41,161 nt of DNA from a candidate division WOR-3 bacterium (GTDB lineage Bacteria > Hydrothermota > Hydrothermia > JBDRYB01), in contig JBMFOM010000005.1 in the NCBI GenBank assembly GCA_049969615.1, forward strand, positions 1 through 41,161, written 5' to 3'. A model generated the notes under the pieces. That model searched no databases and was not told the DNA's origin. It saw only the letters and a program-made list of their open reading frames with translations. Below are positions 10,782 through 19,948 of this stretch, piece by piece. A program made the translations under genes and the position numbers. Each line of letters starts with the position of its first letter. Position 1 is the first letter of the stretch.

Positions 10782-10966
10782 GGGACCTGATAAAGCGGTA
10801 ATAATTTACTGGCTTGAGCCAGGAGCATTTTGTCCAAGAGAACAGGTTCCTAAGAGGGGCCTTCTGAAAAATCCCGCCACGAGGGCATTTCCTTAGGGTT
10901 CTCTCCTGGCTGTGATGAGGCTTTCGGATAGGGACCAGGGACAAACCGAGATTTTTCAGAGGACTC
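10752..10966 (+). mobile_element. Stacked miniature repeats C + A + B (MITE-like, non-autonomous)
   Basis: C about 10752-10781; A about 10782-10853 (gggacctgataaag...gaacaggtt); B about 10856-10966 with 11-bp perfect IR TCTGAAAAATC/GATTTTTCAGA. Homologues at 14531, 15336, 22372, 36419. Confidence 0.75.
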
Positions 10967-11083
10967 GTGTTCATAGACCCAGCACAAGTAACCTGGTGCC
11001 GAAATTTTGCCCCATGATCCCTGGGATCCGTTGTCAATAAACGAATTGAAAAAATGAGGTGTTGAAGTTGGGATAGGGTCTCC

Positions 11084-12328
11084 CTACTGGAACACTATCT
11101 CTGTGTGCACTGCCCCTTTCAGGAACTCCATGGCCTTCTTCAGCCTGGCTATGTAGGCTATCCTCTCCAGGTCTCCTGATTTTGCGGCCTTCTTCCTAAA
11201 CTCCTCCGGGCTCATCTTCCGCTCCGCGGCCATCTCTGCTATCTCCTTTTCAACCTCCTCCTCGGTGGCCTGTATGGAGTATTCGTCTATTATCCTGGCG
11301 AGAATCAGATCCCTCTTGACCAAGTCCTCGGCCAATTTCATTATCTGCTCCTTTTGGACCTCCTCTGGAACCGGAGAGCCGTCGGGAGCCTCTATCTTCA
11401 CATCGTCCTTTATGGACTCATAGCGCCTCTGGACCAGCGAGCGTGGCAATTCAAACGGCGCCGCGTCGTATATCGCCTTGACCACCTTCCACTCAAACTC
11501 GTTTTCAAGTTCCTTGTCCACCCGTTCTTCAAGCCGTTTCCTTATGTCTTCCTTCATGGTATCAAGGCTCTCATAACCCTGGGCCTTTGCGAACTCGTCG
11601 TCAAGAGTGGGCATGATGACTTCTTTCACCGATATGACCTTGTAGTGCTGTTTGCGCTCCTCGTTCTCGCCCTTCTCGTTTTCCGCGACAACGCTTATGT
11701 CGCACTCATCCCCAGGTCTCTTGTCCGCGAGGGCATCGTAGAGATAGGGATCAAGCTCATCCCTCGCGTATCTTATAGCTACCTTCCCCGTGAATGTTAC
11801 TTCTCCATGTGGATCAAACTCTGTCATCTCTGCGGTGACAGTGTCCCCTTCCCTTATGCCTCTATCCTCAACAGGCGCAACCGTTGCAAGTGCCTTTTGT
11901 ATCGCCTCAAGTTGTTCAATGACATCAAAATCGGATATGGTAATGACCCTCTTTTCAACCGTTATCCGTGATAGCTCCGGCAGTCTGATCTCCGGCACGG
12001 TTTCAAACTCTATTTTTACACGGAGGGAGCCGTCCTCCTGTCTGGCTATTTCCGTGACCGTTATCTGACCGAGTGGCCTGGCTCCACCAAGCTCTTGTCT
12101 TATTTTCTCGTTTATGGCATTCTCAAGGGTCTCTTGCTGAATGAGTTCCCCGAACCTTGCCTTTACTACGCTGGGTGGTACATTCCCCGGCCTAAAACCG
12201 GGAACCTTGACCCTTTTTGAAAGGATCTTTATCACCTTGTCCTCGGCCGCAGAGAGCTCTTCCTTTGTTATCACAAGCTCCCGGCTACTCACCGCGCTTT
12301 CCTCGCCTGGCACGATTATCTCTGGCAT
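11084..12328 (-). CDS. tig: Trigger factor
   Basis: Ribosome-binding loop VPGFRPGNVP, LDDEFAK, C-terminal SurA-like domain; upstream of clpP-clpX-lon. Confidence 0.92.
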   Translation of the reverse strand: MPEIIVPGEESAVSSRELVITKEELSAAEDKVIKILSKRVKVPGFRPGNVPPSVVKARFGELIQQETLENAINEKIRQELGGARPLGQITVTEIARQEDGSLRVKIEFETVPEIRLPELSRITVEKRVITISDFDVIEQLEAIQKALATVAPVEDRGIREGDTVTAEMTEFDPHGEVTFTGKVAIRYARDELDPYLYDALADKRPGDECDISVVAENEKGENEERKQHYKVISVKEVIMPTLDDEFAKAQGYESLDTMKEDIRKRLEERVDKELENEFEWKVVKAIYDAAPFELPRSLVQRRYESIKDDVKIEAPDGSPVPEEVQKEQIMKLAEDLVKRDLILARIIDEYSIQATEEEVEKEIAEMAAERKMSPEEFRKKAAKSGDLERIAYIARLKKAMEFLKGAVHTEIVFQ

Positions 12329-12530
12329 GGGATGATTCCTCTATGAGACCGTTATTATAACCGAAAACCTCGGACCAGAGCAAAGCCACCATTGGTTTGT
12401 GATCCCTTCCCCATGTGTTTTCATAATCTTTGTATATCCTGTCAGGATTTGAAGGCCGCGGTTTTTTGGCCCAAGATCATTGGATGCCCTTCCGGATTTC
12501 AATGGGGCCACTAGGAGTCAGGAAAGACCG

Positions 12531-13256
12531 TCAGTAGCCTTCTTCCGCTGAACGTTCCGTGTATCTGACCCTGCCGCCCATTGCCGAGAGGATGCTTTTT
12601 ATGTTTGATTTGTTATTGGAGAGCCATTCAAGCATGTTCGGGCAAGTTCCCTTTATCGTTTCCCAGGCAGAGGTTTCCTTGCCCAGGAGACACATGTGCG
12701 CGTAAATTGCCACAACCCAGGATTTTCTGTGTTCCTCGTCGTTTCCGGGCGGACTTGCCAGGTATTCGTCCAGATCCTTCTGGATAAGGTCGGGAAACGC
12801 CATTGTGTTTTCGGCATATTTTCCTGCCTTCAGGCTGAAGACAATGGGTATCCACGGGCTGACCGCGTAGCAGTAATCATAGTAAGCAAAACCATCGTAG
12901 CTTCCCACTGCCTCAAGCTTCCCGTTGCCATCCAGGTCCTTGAACTCCATGCCACCGTTTCCCATGTCAAACACACCCATGAGCTTAAGGCTGGGCTTTC
13001 TGGTATAGAGGTAGTAGGTGAAACAGCAATGCGCTCCGCCAGAGTAGTCCTCAATCAAAAGCTCATCCGTTCCGTCGCCGTCCACATCAATTGTTGAAAC
13101 GTTGGCGTTCCAGACCTCAATTGACCGGACTGTTTTGCCGCCTTTGGTTATCTTGAGAACCGGCGTCTCATCCGGCGTTTCACCGAGGTCGTATTTCTGC
13201 CAGGATACGGTATAAGGACCCCATTGCAAGGTTGCGGAAAGTAGCAAGATCGTCAT
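12531..13256 (-). CDS. Hypothetical exported protein with FG-GAP/VCBS-like Ca-binding loops and SGGAHCC motif
   Basis: Hydrophobic N-terminus; DVDGDGTDELLI, DLDGNGKLEAV, YSGGAHCC. Confidence 0.7.
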   Translation of the reverse strand: MTILLLSATLQWGPYTVSWQKYDLGETPDETPVLKITKGGKTVRSIEVWNANVSTIDVDGDGTDELLIEDYSGGAHCCFTYYLYTRKPSLKLMGVFDMGNGGMEFKDLDGNGKLEAVGSYDGFAYYDYCYAVSPWIPIVFSLKAGKYAENTMAFPDLIQKDLDEYLASPPGNDEEHRKSWVVAIYAHMCLLGKETSAWETIKGTCPNMLEWLSNNKSNIKSILSAMGGRVRYTERSAEEGY

Positions 13257-13264
13257 AGGAGAAA

Positions 13265-13293
13265 ATTATAACACTCCTCCTGCGCAGGATCAA
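13265..13293 (-). promoter_or_regulatory. Repeat C copy forming a TTGATC-17bp-TATAAT promoter with extended -10 (TGn) for the 12531-13256 gene
   Basis: Minus strand: TTGATC ctgcgcaggaggagtgt TATAAT tttctcct ATG. Confidence 0.65.
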
Positions 13294-13389
13294 TTATTTG
13301 AATATCCGGGAAGACCGAACGGATCCGTGGCAATACTTTCACTTTCTCAGGGATCCCAGATTTTGTGGCGTCCGGGTTCCGAAGATAGG

Positions 13390-13560
13390 CTGAGCGATGT
13401 TAGGTGGGCCGATCCCTTAATAATTCAGGGTCTACAGCCTACCGCAAAATCGGATCTGTATTAGAGTAGGCTTATTGAGAGGATGCCTCATGTAGACTCC
13501 GCTCCAGGCCGCATTTTTAGAACCAGAAGGCCTCACAAAATTGTATTGTGAGACAGACTC
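13390..13560. mobile_element. Stacked miniature repeats E (13390-13459) + A-like junction + D (13479-13560)
   Basis: E is the reverse-complement homologue of 38611-38682. D (82 bp) is the reverse-complement homologue of 35084-35165, with imperfect TIRs GAGGATGCCTCA/TGAGACAGACTC. Confidence 0.72.
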
Positions 13561-13593
13561 GATCTGGGTTATAAGCCCCCTTTGCCGACAGCC

Positions 13594-14505
13594 TCAATTC
13601 TTGAATTTGAGCTTTCTCACTCCGCCAATCGTGATCCCCTTGATGTTCCTGAATGAGATTTCCTCAACATTGCCTTTAGGATCCTTTAATTTTAGGTAAT
13701 CCATCCTGGATATACCCCTGATCTCTTTACCCGATATGAGATGGACGGCCATTTCGTCATGTTCAGAGAATATGCCTTTTCTTTTGACCAGCACGTTCTT
13801 TATCTCATCCGTGGGTATGGAGACCCTCTTACCATCAACCTCCAACCAGAATTCCTTGTTATACACTATACCCCAGTGGAGGTTGTTTTCCTTTTCCATC
13901 TCCACAGTGTCCCAGGTATATATTCGCTCTGTGATGGGCATTATCAACTTATAATCCAGCCGATCGCCAGGGGTGGATCTGTGTTTCCAGGCGACGAACT
14001 TCTCCAGCTCGTCTAGGTAGACAATACCCTTTTCAAATCCCCTGACCGCGTCAGCATTAGTGCCATCGCGGCCGAGCTTGTCCCGTTTCACAAAGATCAC
14101 AAGGGGTTCAACCCAGAGACCACGCATCTTTTTATCTGACCAGTTCAGGTAACCCTTCAGGGCATAGGTATTTTGCAGGGCCTGGGTGTGAGCGTTCCTG
14201 AAAATATCTGGCTTGTTGCTTCCGGACCTGAACCTGAGCCAGTGCTCTTTATCTTTGGGTTTAACAGTGCCCCTCCAGTTTTTTATTTCCACGCAAAAGA
14301 GGAAACGGCCAGCCACCATGACTGCGTCTATTTCCCGGAATCTCTCGCCGTCCATTACCACGCGGTTCGGATATACCTTCCACCCGTGAGACTCAGCGTA
14401 TTTGTGGAGCATTTCCTCGCCTTCTTGACCATATTTCAGGGTTTCTTCTGTTTCCTCTGGTAGCAGTCCCTCAATGAACCTTCCTAGTCTTTTCAGAAAT
14501 CCCAT
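13594..14505 (-). CDS. NERD-domain (PD-(D/E)xK-like) nuclease with beta-rich C-terminal extension
   Basis: YGQEGEE...REIDAVMV...FCVEIKNWRG...NAHTQA match NERD motifs. Confidence 0.78.
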   Translation of the reverse strand: MGFLKRLGRFIEGLLPEETEETLKYGQEGEEMLHKYAESHGWKVYPNRVVMDGERFREIDAVMVAGRFLFCVEIKNWRGTVKPKDKEHWLRFRSGSNKPDIFRNAHTQALQNTYALKGYLNWSDKKMRGLWVEPLVIFVKRDKLGRDGTNADAVRGFEKGIVYLDELEKFVAWKHRSTPGDRLDYKLIMPITERIYTWDTVEMEKENNLHWGIVYNKEFWLEVDGKRVSIPTDEIKNVLVKRKGIFSEHDEMAVHLISGKEIRGISRMDYLKLKDPKGNVEEISFRNIKGITIGGVRKLKFKN

Positions 14506-14530
14506 AGTGGCTAGATTTTATAGTATAAGG

Positions 14531-14717
14531 AGACCTCTGATAAAGTAGTAATAACTTGCTGGTTTGGGGGAGGAGCGCTTTGCCCAAGAGAACAGGATTA
14601 TAAGAGACCCCCTAAAAATCCCGGTTTGTCCCTTGTCCCCATCTGGGGGTCTCATCATAATAGCTAAAAGAGAATCCTGATGGAATGCCCTCGTGGCAGG
14701 ATTTTTCAGGGGTTTTC
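14531..14717. mobile_element. Repeat A (+) followed by repeat B in the opposite orientation to the 10782 copy
   Basis: A 14531-14603 aligns with 10782-10853. The reverse complement of 14604-14717 aligns with 10856-10966. TIR-like ends GAGACCCCCTAAAAATCC / GGATTTTTCAGGGGTTTTC. Confidence 0.78.
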
Positions 14718-14746
14718 TGAGATCGTTGACGCTCAACAGCCCTTTC

Positions 14747-15214
14747 TTACTCGTAATCCTCCGGAAAATAGACCTTCATTCCGAGGCCGCCGAATGGGCC
14801 TCTGCCCGTGTGATAGCCCCCCTCAAGATAGAAACTCCTTATCTTTATTGTCGCGACCCCGCCGTAGAACCAGAACGAGGTATCGTTCAGATAGGACCTA
14901 TTGACCGCATCCCATCGGTAACCAAAACCAACCAAAGGTCCAATATAAAGCCAGGAACCCCTGTAGCCCAGGGAGAATTCAAAACCCCAGGCCTTTTTCT
15001 CCAAGACTTTCGCGCTGTCCCCGTTTATCGTTGTATCCCTTGTTGGCCCGAACCACGGCAGGGCATAATATGCTCCGGCTCTCGCGCCAAGCCACCTGAC
15101 CAGAATCTCGTCCGTGAATGCTGGAACATCAACCACATATACCCCAATGGCGGGCCGGGACTGGTAGCTCCCGTCAACCGCGACGCCTATACTCAAAAGC
15201 ACAATCATTAGCAT
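14747..15214 (-). CDS. Hypothetical small exported protein, probable outer-membrane beta-barrel
   Basis: Signal-like N-terminus, alternating Gly/aromatic beta-strands (GFEFSLGY, FYLEGGY, GLGMKVYF); SD AAAGGAG upstream. Confidence 0.6.
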   Translation of the reverse strand: MLMIVLLSIGVAVDGSYQSRPAIGVYVVDVPAFTDEILVRWLGARAGAYYALPWFGPTRDTTINGDSAKVLEKKAWGFEFSLGYRGSWLYIGPLVGFGYRWDAVNRSYLNDTSFWFYGGVATIKIRSFYLEGGYHTGRGPFGGLGMKVYFPEDYE

Positions 15215-15307
15215 AACGCTCTCCTTTCTAAGGATAATATAACTGCTTTGCGGTGGATGATCAAGGGGAGTCCCTTTATGGAAAGTATCGCCGTCCTTTT
15301 ATAGCTC

Positions 15308-15482
15308 CCCACCCAGGCGCAGGTAATCAATGGGTGCCTCATCATGGCCAGAAGAGAACCCTGAGCAAATGCCCTCTTGGCGGGATTTTTCAGGGGACTT
15401 ATCCTAGTAAAACCCTGTTCCCTTGGACAGAGCGCTCCTGGCCCAAACCAGTAAGTTATCACTGCTTTATCAGGTCCCAAAA
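15308..15482 (-). mobile_element. Degenerate C + truncated B + A; the A+B part is the reverse complement of the 10782 arrangement
   Basis: The reverse complement of 15336-15482 aligns with 10778-10921. 15308-15330 (cccacccaggcgcaggtaatcaa, + strand) resembles C. Confidence 0.75.
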
Positions 15483-15520
15483 TACCAACCATCCTTTTCT
15501 GGGTTTCTGGAGTCTCTAAT

Positions 15521-18049
15521 CTATGCCACTATGTTCAGCGTCCTGCCCGGCACATAGATCACCTTGCGCAGGGCTTTGCCTCCGAGGTGCCTGGCTACAT
15601 TCTCGTCGGATAGAGCCTTCTGCAAAACCTCATCCTGATCTGCTCCGGCCGGGACCTCAATCCTGGCCCTAAGTTTGCCGTTGACCTGAACCGGAATCAC
15701 GATGGTCTCCTTGGTCAAGTATCTCTCGTCAGGTTCTGGAAGGCTCGTTCCGAATACACTCCCGGTCTCTCCGGCCCAGGAGTGCCAGAGTTCCTCGCTC
15801 AGGTGTGGAGCCAGTGGGGCAAGGAGAAGTATCATTTCCCGGAGGGCGTGTGAGAACACCGAAGACCCCTTTTCTTCAAATGAATAAAGAGCGTTAACCA
15901 GCTCCATGAGCCTGGCTATTGCTGTGTTGAAGCTAAAACGGGACAGGTCGTCCCGGACGGACTTTATTGTCCTTTGAAGGAGGGCATATAGCTCACGCTC
16001 GTCCCTGTTCATCTCGCCCGGCATGGGTTCCGGGTGTGCTGGGTTCTCCTGGTATAGCTTCCAGACCCTGTTGATAAACCTCCGGGCACCCTCAACCCCA
16101 GCGTCAGTCCACTCCATTTCCTTGTCGGGGGGGCCAGCAAAAAGTAGTGCTATCCTGCCAACATCAACGCCATTTTTTGCCACGAAAGAGCTCATGGGAA
16201 CCGTGTTTCCCCTGGATTTGCTCATCATTTCGAGATGCTCCTCAAGCTGATGCGGATGGCTCTCGGCCTCGTTGTCCGGGATCACCCTCAGGCAGGTGGA
16301 ACACCAAAAGAACCTCTTCAGCACAAGGCCTTGGTTGAAAAGCCTGAGAAAGGGCTCAGGCGTTTTTACCAGGCCAGCGTCTTGCAAAACCTTGTGGATG
16401 AACCTGGCATATATCAGATGCTTGGTCGCGTGCTCAGCGCCGCCGATATACTGGTCAACCGGAAGCCAGGCGTTTGTCTTCTCTGGGTCAAATATTGCCC
16501 CCTCGTTCCTGGGATCCGGATATCGCATGTAATACCAGGATGAGTCCACGAAGGTATCCATGGTGTCCGGGTCGCGCCTCGCCGGGCCATTGCATTTGGG
16601 GCAGGTCGTGTTCATGAATTCCTCGGAATTTTCAAGGGGGCTTCTTCCCTTTGGCACATAATCATCAATATCTGGAAGGAGAACCGGCAGGTCATTCTCC
16701 GGAACCGGGACAACTCCGCAGTGTTCGCAGTGGACAACGGGTATGGGTGTTCCCCAGTATCTCTGACGGGATATGAGCCAGTCCCTGAGCCTGTAGGCAA
16801 CTGTCGGTCCGCCTAAGCCTTTTCTTGCCAGAGCTTTTGCGACCTCCGCCTTTCCTTCCTCGGTTGAAAGTCCGTTGAATTCGCCGGAGTTGACCATAAC
16901 CCCCGGCTCCTCAAAGGCGCGATCCATGGTGTCCGGAGATGGCTCCAGTCCACCATGAGGTCTGATAACCACCCTTATGGGAAGCCCGAATTTTTTCGCG
17001 AACTCAAAATCTCGCTGATCGTGCGCGGGCACCCCCATGACCGCGCCGGTGCCGTATCCTCCCAGGACATAATCCCCCACGAAAACCGGTATCCTCTCCC
17101 CGGTGAATGGATGGAGCACATGCGCGCCCGTGAATACGCCGGTTTTGGGTCTGTCGGTGGCAGAACGTTCTATGTCGCTCTTTGAGAGCGCCTCTGAGAC
17201 ATAACTTTCAACCCTTGCTCTCTCCGGCGAATCCGCCACCAGGTTTTCAAGGCCCTCCCACTCGGGCGCGATGGTCATGAAGGTCACTCCAAAAAGTGTA
17301 TCTGCCCTCGTCGTGAAGACCGGGATGCTCAGTTTCTTGCCCTCCACCGGAAAAACTATCTCTGTTCCCTCGCTCCTTCCTATCCAATCCTCCTGTTGTT
17401 TGAGGATGTGGGAGGGCCAGCCCTCCCTGATAAGCTCTAGGTCTGCCAGGAGCCTTTCCGCGTAGTCAGTTATCCTGAAGAACCACTGGACGAGCTTGCA
17501 TTTCGTCACTGGTTTATGGCATCGCTCGCACTTTCCCTCAATGACCTGCTCGTTCGCGAGAACCGTGTTGCAGGAAGGGCACCAGTTGACGAATCCCCCT
17601 TTCCTGTATGCCAATCCCCTTTTCAACAGGAGCAGAAATAGCCACTGGTTCCACTTGTAATAATCCGGCCTTGAGGTAGCCAGCTCCCTTTCCCAGTCAT
17701 AGGATTGGCCTATGTTCATGAGGCTTTCCTTGTAGCCAGATATGTTTTGTTCTGTCCAGTCCTTCGGATGAACCCTGTTAGCTATTGCCGCGTTTTCAGC
17801 GGGCAGACCGAAAGAATCCCAGCCCATCGGGTAGAGGACATCGTATCCCTCCATCCTCTTGACCCTTGCTATCACATCCCCTATCACATAGTTCCTCATG
17901 TGGCCCATGTGCAGGTCTCGGCCCGATGGATACGGATACATCTCCAGGACATAGTATTTTCTTTTGGGCCGGTCAGGAGCTCTAAAAAGCCCTTTCTCGC
18001 GCCAAAAGGCCTGCCATTTCTTTTCTATTTCATCAGCCGGGTAATTCAT
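15521..18049 (-). CDS. leuS: Leucyl-tRNA synthetase
   Basis: MYPYPSG.LHMGH, GWDSFGLPAENAAI, WIGRSEG, ISRQRYWGTPIP, DTMDTFVDSSWY, MSKS, VQVNGKLR. Start placed at MNYPADEIE rather than the ORF-track start at 18166. Confidence 0.96.
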   Translation of the reverse strand: MNYPADEIEKKWQAFWREKGLFRAPDRPKRKYYVLEMYPYPSGRDLHMGHMRNYVIGDVIARVKRMEGYDVLYPMGWDSFGLPAENAAIANRVHPKDWTEQNISGYKESLMNIGQSYDWERELATSRPDYYKWNQWLFLLLLKRGLAYRKGGFVNWCPSCNTVLANEQVIEGKCERCHKPVTKCKLVQWFFRITDYAERLLADLELIREGWPSHILKQQEDWIGRSEGTEIVFPVEGKKLSIPVFTTRADTLFGVTFMTIAPEWEGLENLVADSPERARVESYVSEALSKSDIERSATDRPKTGVFTGAHVLHPFTGERIPVFVGDYVLGGYGTGAVMGVPAHDQRDFEFAKKFGLPIRVVIRPHGGLEPSPDTMDRAFEEPGVMVNSGEFNGLSTEEGKAEVAKALARKGLGGPTVAYRLRDWLISRQRYWGTPIPVVHCEHCGVVPVPENDLPVLLPDIDDYVPKGRSPLENSEEFMNTTCPKCNGPARRDPDTMDTFVDSSWYYMRYPDPRNEGAIFDPEKTNAWLPVDQYIGGAEHATKHLIYARFIHKVLQDAGLVKTPEPFLRLFNQGLVLKRFFWCSTCLRVIPDNEAESHPHQLEEHLEMMSKSRGNTVPMSSFVAKNGVDVGRIALLFAGPPDKEMEWTDAGVEGARRFINRVWKLYQENPAHPEPMPGEMNRDERELYALLQRTIKSVRDDLSRFSFNTAIARLMELVNALYSFEEKGSSVFSHALREMILLLAPLAPHLSEELWHSWAGETGSVFGTSLPEPDERYLTKETIVIPVQVNGKLRARIEVPAGADQDEVLQKALSDENVARHLGGKALRKVIYVPGRTLNIVA

Positions 18050-18196
18050 CTGAGGACGAATATTATCACCCAAAGCTCCGGGCCTTATCAACAAGGCTTT
18101 CTGATAGATCGCGGGCATTGATTGCTCCCCGTTGATCCGGGACCCCGCGAGTTTTTGAACTGCCACGACCGAATCCAGTATAATATTGGCTCTAGC

Positions 18197-18271
18197 GGGG
18201 TCGTAGTTCAGCCTGGTTAGAACGCTGGCCTGTCACGCCAGAGGTCGCGGGTTCAATTCCCGTCGGCCCCG
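18197..18271 (+). tRNA. tRNA-Asp (GTC); CCA not encoded
   Basis: Acceptor GGGGTCG/CGGCCCC + G73, anticodon arm CTGGC-CTGTCAC-GCCAG, T arm GCGGG-TTCAATT-CCCGT; upstream TTGAAC-18-TATAAT. Confidence 0.96.
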
Positions 18272-18298
18272 CTCGTTTTTGATGCCCCCAGGGGTTTC

Positions 18299-19948
18299 TT
18301 ATTCAGATTTTCCGTGAGATTCCCAGAATTCCCTCGCGAGTTGGCGTTCGCGCGCGAAGGTCTCAGCTAGGACTCTTTCCCTCTGATTTCTAGGGAACCT
18401 CTCATAGGTGGGCAGGGCGTATCTGCCTGGATCAAACGGGAACGCTGTGTCCCGGTCAACTATCCGAATGCAAAGCCCCTGCGGCGCCACCTTCAGGCCC
18501 GAGAGCATCTCTTTCTCATCCTCCTCGTAGAAGGCGAATGCCGTGTAGCGCGGCCCGGGATACCTGGTTAGCATTGCCCTCACCATCGCGATATAGGCGG
18601 ATTGTATGGTGACGGGGTTATATGGTTCGCCCCTCTCAAATTTCCTGAGCTCCCTTGCGTATGCCTCTATCTCGTCCCTCGCGCACCCATAGAGCTCTGG
18701 ATGCTTGACCATTATGTGCTTTATATACCACGAGCGTCTGAGGAGCTCCTTATCTATCATGACGATATCCGGCCTCTCGCCCTTTACATGCTGGAGATAG
18801 AGGACCGGAGAGACTAGATCCCAGTAATTGCAGAGGACAAGCGCGCCTGTCTCCAGATCGGAGATGTGCGCCATGGCGTAATCCTGGGCGAAGCTATCCC
18901 CCCTGCGGTTGAGATTCTTGAAGCCGAACGCGATCAGCATGACCGGAATCACCAGGCCCGCCCACGAGAATCCTCTAAGCCGTGTCAGGGCAAAACCCGA
19001 TAGAAGGCACAGGACCATGAGGAGGGGCAGGAAGTAATCCCCTATATCCGGTATCGTGTAACCCGCAAGATAAACAAAGGATAGGGCGCTTGCAGATATG
19101 AGCGTTATTCGCCAGTGTCTCTGTGCCAGAAAAAACCCGGCTACGGGAAGGATGACGCCGACGTGCAGGTTGTTCCAGATTTCCCCTGATACGTCGGCCA
19201 GGCCCGCTATGAAACCAGACAGCCCCGCGCCAAACATCCAGACCTTGTATTGTTTTCCGGTTATGTGCCAGACGAAGTTCGTCAGGGTTTGTGGATCCCC
19301 CCAGTCAAAGAATGGTTCACAGAGCGACCTTATCGGGAGATACAGGTATATTGTTATGGGTATCAGCATAACCCAAATCCAAACCAGCACTTTTCTGTTT
19401 AGGGTTGCCATGAGCACTAGTCCAGGTAGAACAACAGAGGCCCCGGACATGTGGTTCGCCAGAACTAGCCCAGCCATGTAGAAAACCGGAGCCGGGTGAA
19501 GTTTCCCTATGAACCACCTGGCCAGCAGAAACAGAAATAGCGCGATCATGGCCGCGCCGAGCGCATAAACCTCTGCCTGACTTGATGTGGACCAACTCAA
19601 TCTCATGAAAGGGAATGCTAGGGCAACCGAAAGGCTCGCACCGGTCTCAAACCCGAGCTCTCTCCCGGCCCTGAAGATTCCCCAGGAGGCTATTCCGGCG
19701 CACAACGCTGACATGGCCGAGAGCCGCCAGACTGGTTCGCCCACAGGTATGATGTGAGACCACATATGGCCCAACATTGTCCAGAGCGGATAGCCGGTTG
19801 GATGAGCTATACCAAGGGTCCACGCCACCGCGGACAGCTCCCCCGAATCCACCAGCCCCACTGTTTCCGAGGCAGTGAAGATGAGAACGAGAAATGGGAT
19901 CAGGAGGACAAGTATCTCAGCGAGTATCTCCCAGAAGGGCCTTTTCAT
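18299..19948 (-). CDS. DUF2723-type (TMEM260-like) GT-C membrane glycosyltransferase
   Basis: DSGELSAVAWTLGIAHPTGYPLWTMLG, QAEVYAL, YLYLPIRS..DWGDP; many TM helices; ATGA overlap with aroQ. Confidence 0.8.
   Translation of the reverse strand: MKRPFWEILAEILVLLIPFLVLIFTASETVGLVDSGELSAVAWTLGIAHPTGYPLWTMLGHMWSHIIPVGEPVWRLSAMSALCAGIASWGIFRAGRELGFETGASLSVALAFPFMRLSWSTSSQAEVYALGAAMIALFLFLLARWFIGKLHPAPVFYMAGLVLANHMSGASVVLPGLVLMATLNRKVLVWIWVMLIPITIYLYLPIRSLCEPFFDWGDPQTLTNFVWHITGKQYKVWMFGAGLSGFIAGLADVSGEIWNNLHVGVILPVAGFFLAQRHWRITLISASALSFVYLAGYTIPDIGDYFLPLLMVLCLLSGFALTRLRGFSWAGLVIPVMLIAFGFKNLNRRGDSFAQDYAMAHISDLETGALVLCNYWDLVSPVLYLQHVKGERPDIVMIDKELLRRSWYIKHIMVKHPELYGCARDEIEAYARELRKFERGEPYNPVTIQSAYIAMVRAMLTRYPGPRYTAFAFYEEDEKEMLSGLKVAPQGLCIRIVDRDTAFPFDPGRYALPTYERFPRNQRERVLAETFARERQLAREFWESHGKSE

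Noticed and set aside
10908-10950. Hammerhead-like TGATGAG...AAAC inside repeat B
   Set aside because: The required C of CUGAUGA is G or A in all copies, GAAA is replaced by CAAA, and no consistent stems I/III were found.
10584-11037. Short similar ORFs (10750-11037, 14518-14736, 15208-15519, 22306-22524, 36463-36669) sharing peptides such as CPRGGIFQ
   Set aside because: They are translations of repeats A/B in varying frames, with indels between copies, so they are not a conserved protein family.
18050-18166. N-terminal extensions of LeuS, and likewise PurC (36193-36270) and NurA (32080-32217)
   Set aside because: The extensions run through promoter regions; better starts lie 6-10 nt after TANNNT boxes.
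18272-18301. Prophage/island attachment at tRNA-Asp, or a terminator
   Set aside because: No integrase or duplicated tRNA 3' end was found. The stem is weak, and CAGGGGTTTCTTA may only be a short B-end remnant, too short to call.
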